Part shown: piece by piece, positions 8,902 to 18,185 of the stretch
Position numbering within the stretch: the stretch's first letter is position 1
How the letters are laid out: every line of letters starts with the position of its first letter
DNA from: Bacteroidales bacterium
GTDB taxonomy: Bacteria; Bacteroidota; Bacteroidia; Bacteroidales; UBA12077
Reading direction: 5' to 3'
DNA length: 64,000 nt
Assembly (NCBI GenBank): GCA_028282785.1
Contig: JANQHE010000002.1
Span: forward strand, 25,149-89,148
Translations under genes and position numbers: made by a program
Notes under the pieces: generated by a model
Seen by the model: the letters and a program-made list of their open reading frames with translations, nothing else
What the model was told of the DNA's origin: nothing
The model's database searches: none

Positions 8902-11358
8902 TTAGAATTTTGCAGTTAATTTAAGATTAAGCCTTCTGGAAGTTAAATAGTTTGGAACGGCATATTGCGAAGCATTTCCGGCTTGATTATTAACGGTTTT
9001 AATCCACATATAGGAGATGGTATTATTAATATCAAGCAAATTAAAAACTTCAAAACTGATCCACATATCCTCAAAATTATTAAGCCATTTAGCTTTTTCA
9101 AATTCTTTATTACTGCTTTTCAATACTTTTGATAACCCAAGGTCGACACGTTTGTATGCCTTCATTCTAAAAACCTGGTCGTATCGGTCTTCATTAGGTG
9201 ACGAAAAAGGCAATCGGCTACCATAATGTAAACTTAAATTCATTCTAAACGAAGGACTCATAGGTAAATAATCCTGAAAATATAAACTAAAATTAACCAA
9301 CTGATCCGTAGGACGTGGATAATACCCCGGTTCGATCCGATTGCCCTCTGAATTGTAATAATAGTCGCCACTAATATCTTCCTTAGTTTGCATTAAGGAA
9401 AGGCTTGCCCAGGATTCAATTCCTTGTACAAATTCTCCATTAATTTTAAAATCTATTCCATATGCATATCCATCAGCCATATTCTGAGCAGAATACTCCA
9501 AATGAACATTATCAACTTTATATGGAATAAGATCTCTAAGAATCTTATAATATAATTCAGTACTTAACTTAAATGGCCTGTTCCATGCATTAAAGGTAAA
9601 TTCGTTTCCTAAAACAAAATGAATTGATTTTTGAGACTTAATATCAGGATTTATTGTACCCTCTGCATTTTTCATTTCTTTATAAAATGGTGGTTGATAA
9701 TATAATCCGGACGCAAATCTAAATATCATATTCTTCTCCCAATTTGGAATATAGGATATTGATAACCGAGGTGTCAAAATAAGTTCTTTATTAAAATCCC
9801 AATAACTTGCGCGTACTCCAACATTTAGATAAAACTCAGCCTCATTCTTAAAATTCTTGGAAAAGGTATTTTGAACATAAGCAGATATTCTATTGGAGCT
9901 TATTTTATTTAAAGCTCTAGCAGTTTCATACAACTCTATTGTCGATCCATTATAAGGCAGAGAAAAACCAGCTGAATCCAGCATTTTCCACTGAGATATT
10001 TCATCATCGATTTTTTCATAGTTATATTTTGCGCCCCATCTTAACTTATTTCTCTCTGCGTAATAACCACCTTTAAAAGATATTGTATAGACATTTGCAG
10101 TTAGAAAGTTCCTGGCATGATTTAAGAAAGTTCCAACCCCGATATTCATTATACTATCACCATATGTATCTGATCCAACTGTGTTATCTAATTCATTTAA
10201 ATAATACTGCCCTTGAATGTCATATGTTTCTTGCTCATTGGTTTGAAATGCAGACAAGATCATCTTTAGCGATAATCTTTCATTTGGACTATAGTTTGTT
10301 GTAAAAGCTCCCAGATAAGTTTCAAATTTATCATTTTCGTTCCCATCATAATAAATTTTCAAATTTAGCGCTTCATCTATTGTACCGAAAGATGTTTCTC
10401 TACTTTGGGGGATGAATTTGTAACTGTTTAATGAATAATAACCCAAAAAATCAAAATCCAGTTTTGAGTTTACTTTATATGTTAAATAAGATTGGATATC
10501 GTAATAATCAGGGTTATAATCACCTGTAGTTTCTAAAGAATTTAATACATATTGAGATGTTTTATATCTCATTCCTGTATTATACGTAAACTTGCCAGAT
10601 TTTGAAATGTCTTCGAGTTGAGCTGTTCCTCCTAATAAACTTAATGATACCCTACCTGAAAATTCAACGGGCTTATTATATCGTATATCCAATACAGAAG
10701 ACATTTTATCTCCAAATCTTGATTCAAATCCTCCTGACGAGAAATGGATAGAAGAAACCATATCTGAATTTAAAAAACTTAGTCCTTCCTGTTGTCCTGA
10801 ACGAATCAATAATGGTCTGTAAATTTCAATATCATTTACATAAACTAAATTTTCATCATAGTTACCTCCGCGAACGGAATACTGTGAGCTCAGTTCTGTA
10901 TTTGAAGATACACCAGGCATTGTTTTAATCAACGCTTCAAGATTACCGGAAATATCAGGATTTAACTCAATATGTTTTGCTTCGATTTTTATTAAATTTG
11001 ATTCTGGTGACAACTCTCCTACAACTGCAACTTCTCCAATATCACTAACTGCAAGTTCCAATATTATGTCAAAATTTGAAACTGAATCTCTGTTTGAATT
11101 TATGGTAAAACTCTTAGGTAAGTAACCAATACAAGAAACCTGAACCAATACATTTCTGTTTTCCGGAATTTTTAAAGAGTAACTTCCGTCATTTTTTGAA
11201 ATTACTCCGGTATTATTTGACATATTCCTGATATGAGCTAATTCAATTGGTTTACCTTCCTGGTTTAAAACCTTTCCCCTTAAAGAAATTACATCTTGAG
11301 AAAAAACCGAAACTGCAAAAAAAATCAGTAGAATATATGAGAATAAAAACTTCATCAA
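8902..11358 (-). CDS. TonB-dependent receptor with N-terminal CarbopepD_reg domain
   Basis: ELSSQYSVRGGNYDENLVYVNDIEIYRP plug motif; C-terminal LTAKF. Confidence 0.92.
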   Translation of the reverse strand: MMKFLFSYILLIFFAVSVFSQDVISLRGKVLNQEGKPIELAHIRNMSNNTGVISKNDGSYSLKIPENRNVLVQVSCIGYLPKSFTINSNRDSVSNFDIILELAVSDIGEVAVVGELSPESNLIKIEAKHIELNPDISGNLEALIKTMPGVSSNTELSSQYSVRGGNYDENLVYVNDIEIYRPLLIRSGQQEGLSFLNSDMVSSIHFSSGGFESRFGDKMSSVLDIRYNKPVEFSGRVSLSLLGGTAQLEDISKSGKFTYNTGMRYKTSQYVLNSLETTGDYNPDYYDIQSYLTYKVNSKLDFDFLGYYSLNSYKFIPQSRETSFGTIDEALNLKIYYDGNENDKFETYLGAFTTNYSPNERLSLKMILSAFQTNEQETYDIQGQYYLNELDNTVGSDTYGDSIMNIGVGTFLNHARNFLTANVYTISFKGGYYAERNKLRWGAKYNYEKIDDEISQWKMLDSAGFSLPYNGSTIELYETARALNKISSNRISAYVQNTFSKNFKNEAEFYLNVGVRASYWDFNKELILTPRLSISYIPNWEKNMIFRFASGLYYQPPFYKEMKNAEGTINPDIKSQKSIHFVLGNEFTFNAWNRPFKLSTELYYKILRDLIPYKVDNVHLEYSAQNMADGYAYGIDFKINGEFVQGIESWASLSLMQTKEDISGDYYYNSEGNRIEPGYYPRPTDQLVNFSLYFQDYLPMSPSFRMNLSLHYGSRLPFSSPNEDRYDQVFRMKAYKRVDLGLSKVLKSSNKEFEKAKWLNNFEDMWISFEVFNLLDINNTISYMWIKTVNNQAGNASQYAVPNYLTSRRLNLKLTAKF

Positions 11359-11494
11359 ATAGTACCTATTACAAAGCTATAAACAGCAAAATCAATAAAT
11401 TATTTTACGATTTTAATAAGAAATCCAAAACTAATTCTTTTGGTTAAGATTAAGAAAATTTCCATAACTTTATTTGCACCAAAAAATATTTGAT

Positions 11495-11905
11495 ATGATA
11501 AATCAGTTTGAAATTAGTTTACCTTCATTTAAGCGTGGATATCATATAATTACAGACCATATCTTAAATTCTTTTGAAGATCTTCCTGAAAAAGGACTTA
11601 TGCATATTTTTATCAAACACACATCTGCAGCACTAACCATTAATGAAAATGCCGACCCTTCAGTAACAGTCGACTTTGAAAACTTTACGAATCACCTGAT
11701 TCCTGATGGGCACAAATTATTTTCCCACACCATGGAAGGCCCCGATGACATGGCAGCTCATATTAAGTCATCTACTTTCGGACAATCATTAACTATTCCA
11801 ATTACCGATTATAGTCTAAATTTGGGAACCTGGCAGGGAATTTATTTATGTGAATTTAGAAATCATGGAGGAAACCGTAAATTAGTAATTACAATTTATA
11901 ATTAA
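11495..11905 (+). CDS. yjbQ: YjbQ / UPF0047 family (secondary thiamine-phosphate synthase)
   Basis: HTSAALTINENADP, EGPDDMAAHIKSS, LGTWQGIYLCE; ATG at 11495 preferred to TTG at 11474. Confidence 0.9.
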   Translation: MINQFEISLPSFKRGYHIITDHILNSFEDLPEKGLMHIFIKHTSAALTINENADPSVTVDFENFTNHLIPDGHKLFSHTMEGPDDMAAHIKSSTFGQSLTIPITDYSLNLGTWQGIYLCEFRNHGGNRKLVITIYN

Positions 11906-12134
11906 TTTGATTTCAAAATTTAAGATTTCTAATGAAAAAATAATTGATCACTGAAAATTCAGAATGGTATATTTTTCATAAGATTAATATTTCTCACAAA
12001 AACCTGACAATTAATAAATTACAGTTTCAACACTAAATTCTTATGTTAATTACAATTTGTAACTAAAAACTGATTTTCAGTAAATTATGTTATACAAAAT
12101 GTCTATTTTAATAACAATTAATAAAAAATAATAC

Positions 12135-12142
12135 TACATTTG
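12135..12142 (+). promoter_or_regulatory. -7 promoter element for the iorAB leader
   Basis: TACATTTG, exact TAnnTTTG, about 220 bp upstream of iorA. Confidence 0.65.
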
Positions 12143-12175
12143 CTTTCATATAGTAAATAACAACAAAACTAAACT

Positions 12176-12253
12176 ATGAAAATAAGTAAGATTGTTTATT
12201 ATTATGTTATTGCTGTTCAGGTAGGTTTTTTAAAACGCTTTGGTGGCCTGTGA
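12176..12253 (+). CDS. Candidate 25-aa leader peptide MKISKIVYYYVIAVQVGFLKRFGGL
   Basis: ATG at 12176 after an A-rich stretch, three consecutive TAT codons, TGA at 12251; lies between the promoter and iorA; not in the ORF track. Confidence 0.55.
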   Translation: MKISKIVYYYVIAVQVGFLKRFGGL

Positions 12254-12363
12254 TTTAACACTCTGTTAACTTTATTAACTTATCAGCTCTTTTATAAGTT
12301 ATTGAGATTTCATAACTTATGACTTTTATAAAATTTAAAAATAAAAAATAAAACTACGATAAA

Positions 12364-13980
12364 ATGCAAAAACTATTATTATTAGGTGATGAAGCAATTG
12401 CTCAAGGAGCACTCGATGGAGGAATGTCGGGTATATATGCCTATCCGGGAACTCCATCAACTGAAATAACCGAATATGTTCAGGGATCAAAATTTGCACA
12501 AGAAAATAACATCCATAGCGATTGGTCAGCAAATGAAAAAACTGCGATGGAGGCAGCTTTAGGTATGTCATATGCAGGTAAACGTGCCATGGTTTGTATG
12601 AAGCATGTTGGTTTAAATGTTGCAGCTGATGCTTTCGTTAATTCATCCATTACTGGTGTTAATGGAGGTTTAATTGTTGTTTCTGCTGACGATCCATCAA
12701 TGCACTCATCTCAAAATGAGCAAGATTCCAGATTCTATGGGAATTTTGCCATGATGCCAATGCTTGAGCCTGTAGACCAACAAGAAGCATATGAAATGTC
12801 TTATCATGGATTTGAGCTTTCTGAAAAATTCAAACTTCCTGTTTTATTAAGACTCACAACAAGGTTAGCTCATTCCCGTGCAGGGGTTCAAACTTTAGAG
12901 CAAAAAGCTGAAAATGAAGTTTCAATCCCATCTAATCCAACTCAATTTGTATTGCTACCTTCTATAGCACGAAAACAATATAAAACTTTGTTAAATATTC
13001 AGGATGCCCTGGTTGAAGCATCAGAGAATTCTACGTTTAATAAATATATTGATGGTTCTGATAAATCATTAGGCATTATTGCTCCGGGTATTGCTTTTAA
13101 TTACCTAATGGAGAACTTCCAGGATAAAGAATTGAACCACCCTGTATTAAAAATTGGTCAATATCCGATTCCTCGAAAGCAAATAATGAAGATGGTCGAA
13201 GAATGTGACAGGATTCTTGTCTTAGAAGAAGGTTATCCATTAATTGAAGAATCATTAAAAGGCTACCAGGAAGCTGGTACTCCAATTTCCGGAAGACTGG
13301 ATGGATCTTTACCTCGTGATGGCGAGTTAAATCCAAATTTAGTTGCTAAAGCTTTAGGGTTAGAAACAACTTTAGATGGTGAAATACCTGAATTAGTTAA
13401 AAACCGTCCACCTTCAATGTGTGTAGGTTGTGGTCATATAGATGCTTACAATGCTTTAAACATTGCTTTAAAGGAATATGGCGTTGGAAGAGTATTCTCG
13501 GATATCGGTTGTTATACTTTAGGCGCATTACCTCCGTACAATGCTATTAACTCTTGCGTTGATATGGGAGCATCAATTACAATGGCAAAAGGTGCTGCTG
13601 ATGCTGGATTAATTCCAGCGGTAGCAGTAATTGGAGATTCAACTTTTACTCACTCCGGAATTACCGGTTTAATTGATTGTGTAACTGAGAACAGTCCGGT
13701 AACAATAATTATTTCTGATAACTATACCACAGGAATGACAGGAGGCCAAGATTCTAAAGCCTTAGGTAAAATTGAAGATATCTGTAAAGGTGTTGGTGTA
13801 GATCCTGAGCATATTAAGGTTTTCAAGCCATTGAAGAAAAATATGGATGAAATGGTTCAGATAATGAAAGATGAACTGGCATATAAGGGAGTTTCTGTTA
13901 TAATTCCACGTCGTCAGTGTGTTCAGACAATGAAGAATAAGAAACTTGCAGAGCAACTTAAAGAATTAAACCTTAAATAA
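12364..13980 (+). CDS. iorA: Indolepyruvate:ferredoxin oxidoreductase alpha subunit
   Basis: YPGTPSTEI, MKHVGLNVAAD, ADDPSMHSSQNEQD, RPPSMCVGCGH, SDIGCYTLG, TPP motif IGDSTFTHSG. Confidence 0.95.
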   Translation: MQKLLLLGDEAIAQGALDGGMSGIYAYPGTPSTEITEYVQGSKFAQENNIHSDWSANEKTAMEAALGMSYAGKRAMVCMKHVGLNVAADAFVNSSITGVNGGLIVVSADDPSMHSSQNEQDSRFYGNFAMMPMLEPVDQQEAYEMSYHGFELSEKFKLPVLLRLTTRLAHSRAGVQTLEQKAENEVSIPSNPTQFVLLPSIARKQYKTLLNIQDALVEASENSTFNKYIDGSDKSLGIIAPGIAFNYLMENFQDKELNHPVLKIGQYPIPRKQIMKMVEECDRILVLEEGYPLIEESLKGYQEAGTPISGRLDGSLPRDGELNPNLVAKALGLETTLDGEIPELVKNRPPSMCVGCGHIDAYNALNIALKEYGVGRVFSDIGCYTLGALPPYNAINSCVDMGASITMAKGAADAGLIPAVAVIGDSTFTHSGITGLIDCVTENSPVTIIISDNYTTGMTGGQDSKALGKIEDICKGVGVDPEHIKVFKPLKKNMDEMVQIMKDELAYKGVSVIIPRRQCVQTMKNKKLAEQLKELNLK

Positions 13981-14012
13981 TCTACATTAGTAACTTAAAA
14001 AAAATAAATAAT

Positions 14013-14594
14013 ATGAAAACAGATATAATATTGGCTGGTGTAGGTGGACAAGGGATTTTATCAATTGCCGCTACAATTGGGATGGCAGCTTTACATAATG
14101 ATATGCATTTGAAACAAGCCGAGGTTCATGGAATGAGTCAACGTGGAGGTGCAGTTCAATCAAATATGAGAATTTCTGATAAACCAATAGCTTCGGATTT
14201 AATTCCTATGGGAGCTGCGGATATTATCCTTTCGGTTGAGCCTATGGAATCATTAAGATATTTACCTTATCTTAAAAAAGGTGGTTGGTTAGTAACTAAT
14301 ACAACTCCATTTGTAAATATTCCGGATTATCCTGAAGTTGAAAATGTTTTAATTGAGGTTAAGAAGCATAAAAATCATATTGCATTAGATGCAGATACAA
14401 TTGCAGCAGAATTTGGATCAAAAAGATCATCAAATATAGTTATGTTGGGTGCGGCAACACCTTTCTTTAACATCTCATTCGAAAGTTTTGAAGAAGGTAT
14501 CAGAAAAATCTTTGCTCGTAAAGGAGAAGATATAATTAATATGAACCTGAATGCACTAAGAGCAGGAAGAGATTTTGCTGAGAAAAATAGGTAG
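14013..14594 (+). CDS. iorB: Indolepyruvate:ferredoxin oxidoreductase beta subunit
   Basis: AGVGGQGIL, EVHGMSQRGGAV, NIVMLGA. Confidence 0.95.
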   Translation: MKTDIILAGVGGQGILSIAATIGMAALHNDMHLKQAEVHGMSQRGGAVQSNMRISDKPIASDLIPMGAADIILSVEPMESLRYLPYLKKGGWLVTNTTPFVNIPDYPEVENVLIEVKKHKNHIALDADTIAAEFGSKRSSNIVMLGAATPFFNISFESFEEGIRKIFARKGEDIINMNLNALRAGRDFAEKNR

Positions 14595-14620
14595 GTATTT
14601 TTATTAATTTAATAATTATT

Positions 14621-14653
14621 GTAGAAGCAGGATATACCCTGCTTCTACTTTTT
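14621..14653 (+). terminator. Intrinsic terminator
   Basis: GTAGAAGCAGG-ATATAC-CCTGCTTCTAC-TTTT. Confidence 0.85.
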
Positions 14654-14662
14654 ATATCATAC

Positions 14663-15484
14663 CTAGTTATTACCCAAGATTAATGGTAAACCATCTTTCC
14701 CACTTCCTACTACAATAACTTTTGAATTTGGAGATTCCGCAAGCTTTATAGTAGCTTCAATACCTCTCTGCTTTAATATATTTGTTGTTAAACTAGCACT
14801 AATAATTTTATTATAATTAGAAATACCTTCGGCTTCAATTTTCTTCCTTTCAGCCTCTTGCTTTTCTTTTTCCAATCTATACTGCATCGCTTCTGCAATT
14901 TGTCTTTGTTCCTCTTTGCTATCAATTGCCATTCTAATTTTCTCAGGTAATTGAATAGAACGTATTAGAAGTGTTTTCATTTTTACATTATTATTTTGAA
15001 GATTTACTGTAGTTTCTTCAATAATGCTTTCTTCAACTTCTGCCCTTCTTGTTGAATATATCTCTTCTGCCTCATAACTTCCAAATATTTTTCTGGCTGC
15101 AGATCTAACTTCAGGTACAACAAGCCTTTCCTTATAATCTCCTGAAAAATTCTCATAAAGATCTCCAATGTTTTCCCTAATAGGGACATACCTGACCGTT
15201 ACATCAACAATTATTGACAATCCTCTTTTATCAAGAACATCCATTCGTTCCTCAACAATTTGTTCTTTCATATCGTATATTAACAACCGGTTCCAAGGTG
15301 CAATAACGTGCAAACCAGGCCCATAGATTTTATCCTTATCCAATCCATCCTTTTTCAATGGCCTAAAAATTATAGCTGCTTCAGTAGGTTCTAAAATTTT
15401 GAACATACGGCCCCCAAGAATTATTACAAAAATTACAATAATTCCTATTATTACTAATACAAATGTCGATAATGGCTTTTTCAT
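14663..15484 (-). CDS. SPFH / prohibitin family membrane protein
   Basis: N-terminal TM helix, GLHVIAPWN, EQEAERKKIEAEG, GSGKDGLPLILG. Confidence 0.92.
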   Translation of the reverse strand: MKKPLSTFVLVIIGIIVIFVIILGGRMFKILEPTEAAIIFRPLKKDGLDKDKIYGPGLHVIAPWNRLLIYDMKEQIVEERMDVLDKRGLSIIVDVTVRYVPIRENIGDLYENFSGDYKERLVVPEVRSAARKIFGSYEAEEIYSTRRAEVEESIIEETTVNLQNNNVKMKTLLIRSIQLPEKIRMAIDSKEEQRQIAEAMQYRLEKEKQEAERKKIEAEGISNYNKIISASLTTNILKQRGIEATIKLAESPNSKVIVVGSGKDGLPLILGNN

Positions 15485-15680
15485 AGTTTTAGATTTTAAA
15501 TATTTAATTCTTCGAATGACTAAAGGTAAACATAATATTGCAATAGAAAAGAATCCCTTAATTATTATCTAAAAGAACTAATAAATTGAAATGAGTACGT
15601 TATCAACACATAAGCCTAATAAATATTATGGTTATGTTAATTTTTCTTTATTGTGGTTTTAAGATATTTTAAATAGATTT

Positions 15681-15843
15681 GACCTGCATTATTCATGAAT
15701 TTAATGAATAATGCAACTGACGTAGGAAAAATCAAAAATTTATAATAATTTATATCTTTGATTTTTCACAGTCAGGGTCAACCTGGACTATTCATAAATA
15801 TTAGAAAATATAATGTTTAAGAATACGTCAGGTTGAAGTCCTT
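15681..15843. repeat. Cluster of related inverted repeats around a -7 promoter
   Basis: TGCATTATTCAT/ATGAATAATGCA (15685-15715); GAAAAATCAAA/TTTGATTTTTC (15726-15767); long imperfect hairpin TCAACCTG...CAGGTTGA (15778-15836); TATCTTTG at 15753-15760. Confidence 0.7.
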
Positions 15844-15865
15844 TAATTAAAGAAAGTTATACGTT

Positions 15866-16741
15866 ATGGAATTTAAAGAGTCAGAATTAATAATAAATCC
15901 GGATGGAAGCATTTTTCATTTGCATTTATTACCTGATGATATTGCTGATGATATTATCCTGGTAGGTGATCCCGGCCGGGTTGAAACTGTAGCATCTTTC
16001 TTTGATAATATTGAATTAAAAAAAGACAACAGAGAATTTTATACCATAACAGGTTTTTATAAAAACAAACGTATATCTGTTATCTCTACTGGTATTGGTA
16101 CTGACAATATTGATATAGTTGTAAATGAACTTGATGCTATTGCAAATATTAACTTAAAAACCAGAACTCAAAATAAAGAACATAGAACACTAAATTTCAT
16201 TAGAATTGGTACTTCAGGAGCTTTACAAAAGGATATTCCAGTAGACTCATTTTTAATGAGTACAAGATCCATAGGTTTTGACGGACTTTTGAATTTTTAT
16301 GAAGGCAGAAATTCGGTGTCAGATGCTGATTTTGAATTTGCATTTAAATACCATGTTGATTGGAAAAGAAACCTGGCATCTCCATATATCGTAGATGCCT
16401 CAAAGGATTTGATAAACAAATTTGATGACGACAAGATTATTAAAGGTGTAACTATATCTGCACCTGGATTTTATGGCCCTCAAGGCAGAAAACTTAGATT
16501 GCAAATTGCCGATCCGGAGATTAATGATAAAATAGAATCATTCGAATTAAACGGTCAAAGAATAACAAACTATGAGATGGAGAGTTCTGCTATATTCGGT
16601 TTATCGAAACTACTGGGACATCATGCAATAACCTTGTGCGTCGTAATAGCAAACAGAAGAAGAGGAGAATACAGCAAAGATTATAAACCGGTAATTAAGA
16701 AATTAATTAAATTAGTATTAGATAAATTAACGAAATACTAA
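15866..16741 (+). CDS. Nucleoside (uridine-type) phosphorylase, PNP_UDP_1 family
   Basis: LVGDPGRV, STGIGTDNIDIV, IRIGTSG, GFYGPQGR, NYEMES. Confidence 0.92.
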   Translation: MEFKESELIINPDGSIFHLHLLPDDIADDIILVGDPGRVETVASFFDNIELKKDNREFYTITGFYKNKRISVISTGIGTDNIDIVVNELDAIANINLKTRTQNKEHRTLNFIRIGTSGALQKDIPVDSFLMSTRSIGFDGLLNFYEGRNSVSDADFEFAFKYHVDWKRNLASPYIVDASKDLINKFDDDKIIKGVTISAPGFYGPQGRKLRLQIADPEINDKIESFELNGQRITNYEMESSAIFGLSKLLGHHAITLCVVIANRRRGEYSKDYKPVIKKLIKLVLDKLTKY

Positions 16742-16761
16742 TTTGAAATATAAAATATTAA

Positions 16762-16803
16762 TTGAATAATGAACAAGGATTGTTGATTTTTGAATTAAGA
16801 AGT
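16762..16803 (+). repeat. 7-nt-periodic 5' arm of four-helix-bundle cassette 1
   Basis: ttGAata atGAaca agGAttg ttGAttt ttGAatt aaGAagt, with GA at 16764/71/78/85/92/99. Confidence 0.75.
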
Positions 16804-16808
16804 AATAA

Positions 16809-17186
16809 ATGGATAAACATAACTTAGAAGAAAGATTAATTAACTTTGCAGTTCTAATTATTGAATTAATAAATGAAATGCCTGCAAGTAAAGCTGGTAA
16901 TCACTTATCAGGACAATTAGTGCGTTCTGGAACATCTCCAGCTTTAAATTATGGTGAAGCCCAAAGTGGTGAGTCTCGAAAAGACTTTATTCATAAAATT
17001 AAAATTGTTTTAAAAGAATTAAGAGAAAGCTATAATTGTTTAAGAATAATATACAAATCAAGACTGTATAAATCAGAAGATAAGGTTAATAAAGCAATAA
17101 AAGAAAATAATGAATTAATTTCCATTTTTGTAAAAAGTGTTGAAACAGCTCAAAAAAATATGCAAAATAAAAATCGAAAATCTTAA
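16809..17186 (+). CDS. Four helix bundle protein (23S rRNA IVP-like)
   Basis: QLVRSGTSPALNYGEAQSGESRKDFIHKIKIVLKELRES signature. Confidence 0.92.
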   Translation: MDKHNLEERLINFAVLIIELINEMPASKAGNHLSGQLVRSGTSPALNYGEAQSGESRKDFIHKIKIVLKELRESYNCLRIIYKSRLYKSEDKVNKAIKENNELISIFVKSVETAQKNMQNKNRKS

Positions 17187-17233
17187 TTCGTTAATCCCTG
17201 CCTTGCTTTCAGGCAGGCTTGTTCTTAAATCGA
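17170..17233 (+). repeat. 7-nt-periodic 3' arm with an inserted 21-bp palindromic element
   Basis: TC at 17174/81/88/95, then 17223/30; CCTGCCTTGCTTTCAGGCAGG (17197-17217) interrupts AATC|CTTGTTC, the complement of GAACAAGGATT in the 5' arm. Confidence 0.75.
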
Positions 17234-17248
17234 TGAGAATTAATATAA

Positions 17249-18112
17249 GTGGAAAAAGACAAAAAAATAAGCGCTCTATTAAAGTTGTTAGATGATCCTA
17301 ATAATGAGGTTTACAAGCATGTTTCCGAAAACATATTGAAACAAGGTGAGAATATTATCCCTGAACTTGAAAAAGTATGGGAAAAATCATTGAATGCAAT
17401 TCTTCAGGAAAGAATCGAAAACCTTATACAGGAAATTCAGTTTACTTCAACTCAAAATCAGTTAAAAGAATGGAAGGAAACAGGTGCTGTCGATTTATTA
17501 AAAGCTTCTTATTTAATTGCTAAATACCAGTACCCGGATCTAAAATACAATAAAATTTCAGAAGCATTTGACAAGGTTAAACAGGATGCCTGGTTGGAAA
17601 TAAATAATAACTTGACTGCTCTTGAAAAAACCAGGGTATTAAACCATATTCTATTCCAATTACATGAGTTCTCAGGAAATAGCTCAAATTTCTTCGCTCC
17701 TCAGAACTCTTACATAAACCATGTTTTTGAAACTAAAAAAGGAAATCCAATTACCTTAGGTATTTTATATATATCATTGGCGCAAGAACTTGGAATACCT
17801 ATCTATGGAGTAAGCATTCCCCGTAATTTTATTTTAGCTTATATAGACGAACATAACATTGATGATCTTTATGAGAAGGATATTCTTTTCTATATTAACC
17901 CTTATAATAATGGGAAAGTGCTCGGTGAGAGGGAAATTGACTATTTCTTAAAGCAACAAAAAATTGAGCCGAAAAAATCTTATTATTATCCATGTTCCAA
18001 TATTGAGATTATTAAAAAGTTAATTCTAAATTTAATATATTCGTATGAAAAGTTGGGCTACCCTGAAAAGGTATCTAACATGAAGGTTTTATTTAACATT
18101 GTTTCGACATAA
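17249..18112 (+). CDS. SirB1 / transglutaminase-like (Transglut_core2) protein
   Basis: LLKLLDDP, KKGNPITLGILY, FYINPYNNG; GTG start. Confidence 0.85.
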   Translation: MEKDKKISALLKLLDDPNNEVYKHVSENILKQGENIIPELEKVWEKSLNAILQERIENLIQEIQFTSTQNQLKEWKETGAVDLLKASYLIAKYQYPDLKYNKISEAFDKVKQDAWLEINNNLTALEKTRVLNHILFQLHEFSGNSSNFFAPQNSYINHVFETKKGNPITLGILYISLAQELGIPIYGVSIPRNFILAYIDEHNIDDLYEKDILFYINPYNNGKVLGEREIDYFLKQQKIEPKKSYYYPCSNIEIIKKLILNLIYSYEKLGYPEKVSNMKVLFNIVST

Positions 18113-18146
18113 GGCGTACGGTGTACGGTATACGGTATGAGATGTG
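18112..18146 (+). repeat. Heptamer tandem repeat, 5' arm of four-helix-bundle cassette 2
   Basis: AGGCGTA CGGTGTA CGGTATA CGGTATG AGATGTG. Confidence 0.8.
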
Positions 18147-18185
18147 TAGTTAATAGAAGACCAAGTTTAAAAGTTATTTGAGAAT

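Noticed and set aside
11950-12081. ACTGAAAATTCAG / CTGATTTTCAGT distant inverted repeat and TTACAA-T-TTGTAA palindrome upstream of iorAB
   Set aside because: Possible operator sites, but AT-rich and not a clear match to a motif I can name; a Rex-like fit had the wrong spacing
18112-18146. CRISPR array
   Set aside because: Units are 7 nt, tandem and without spacers; no cas genes
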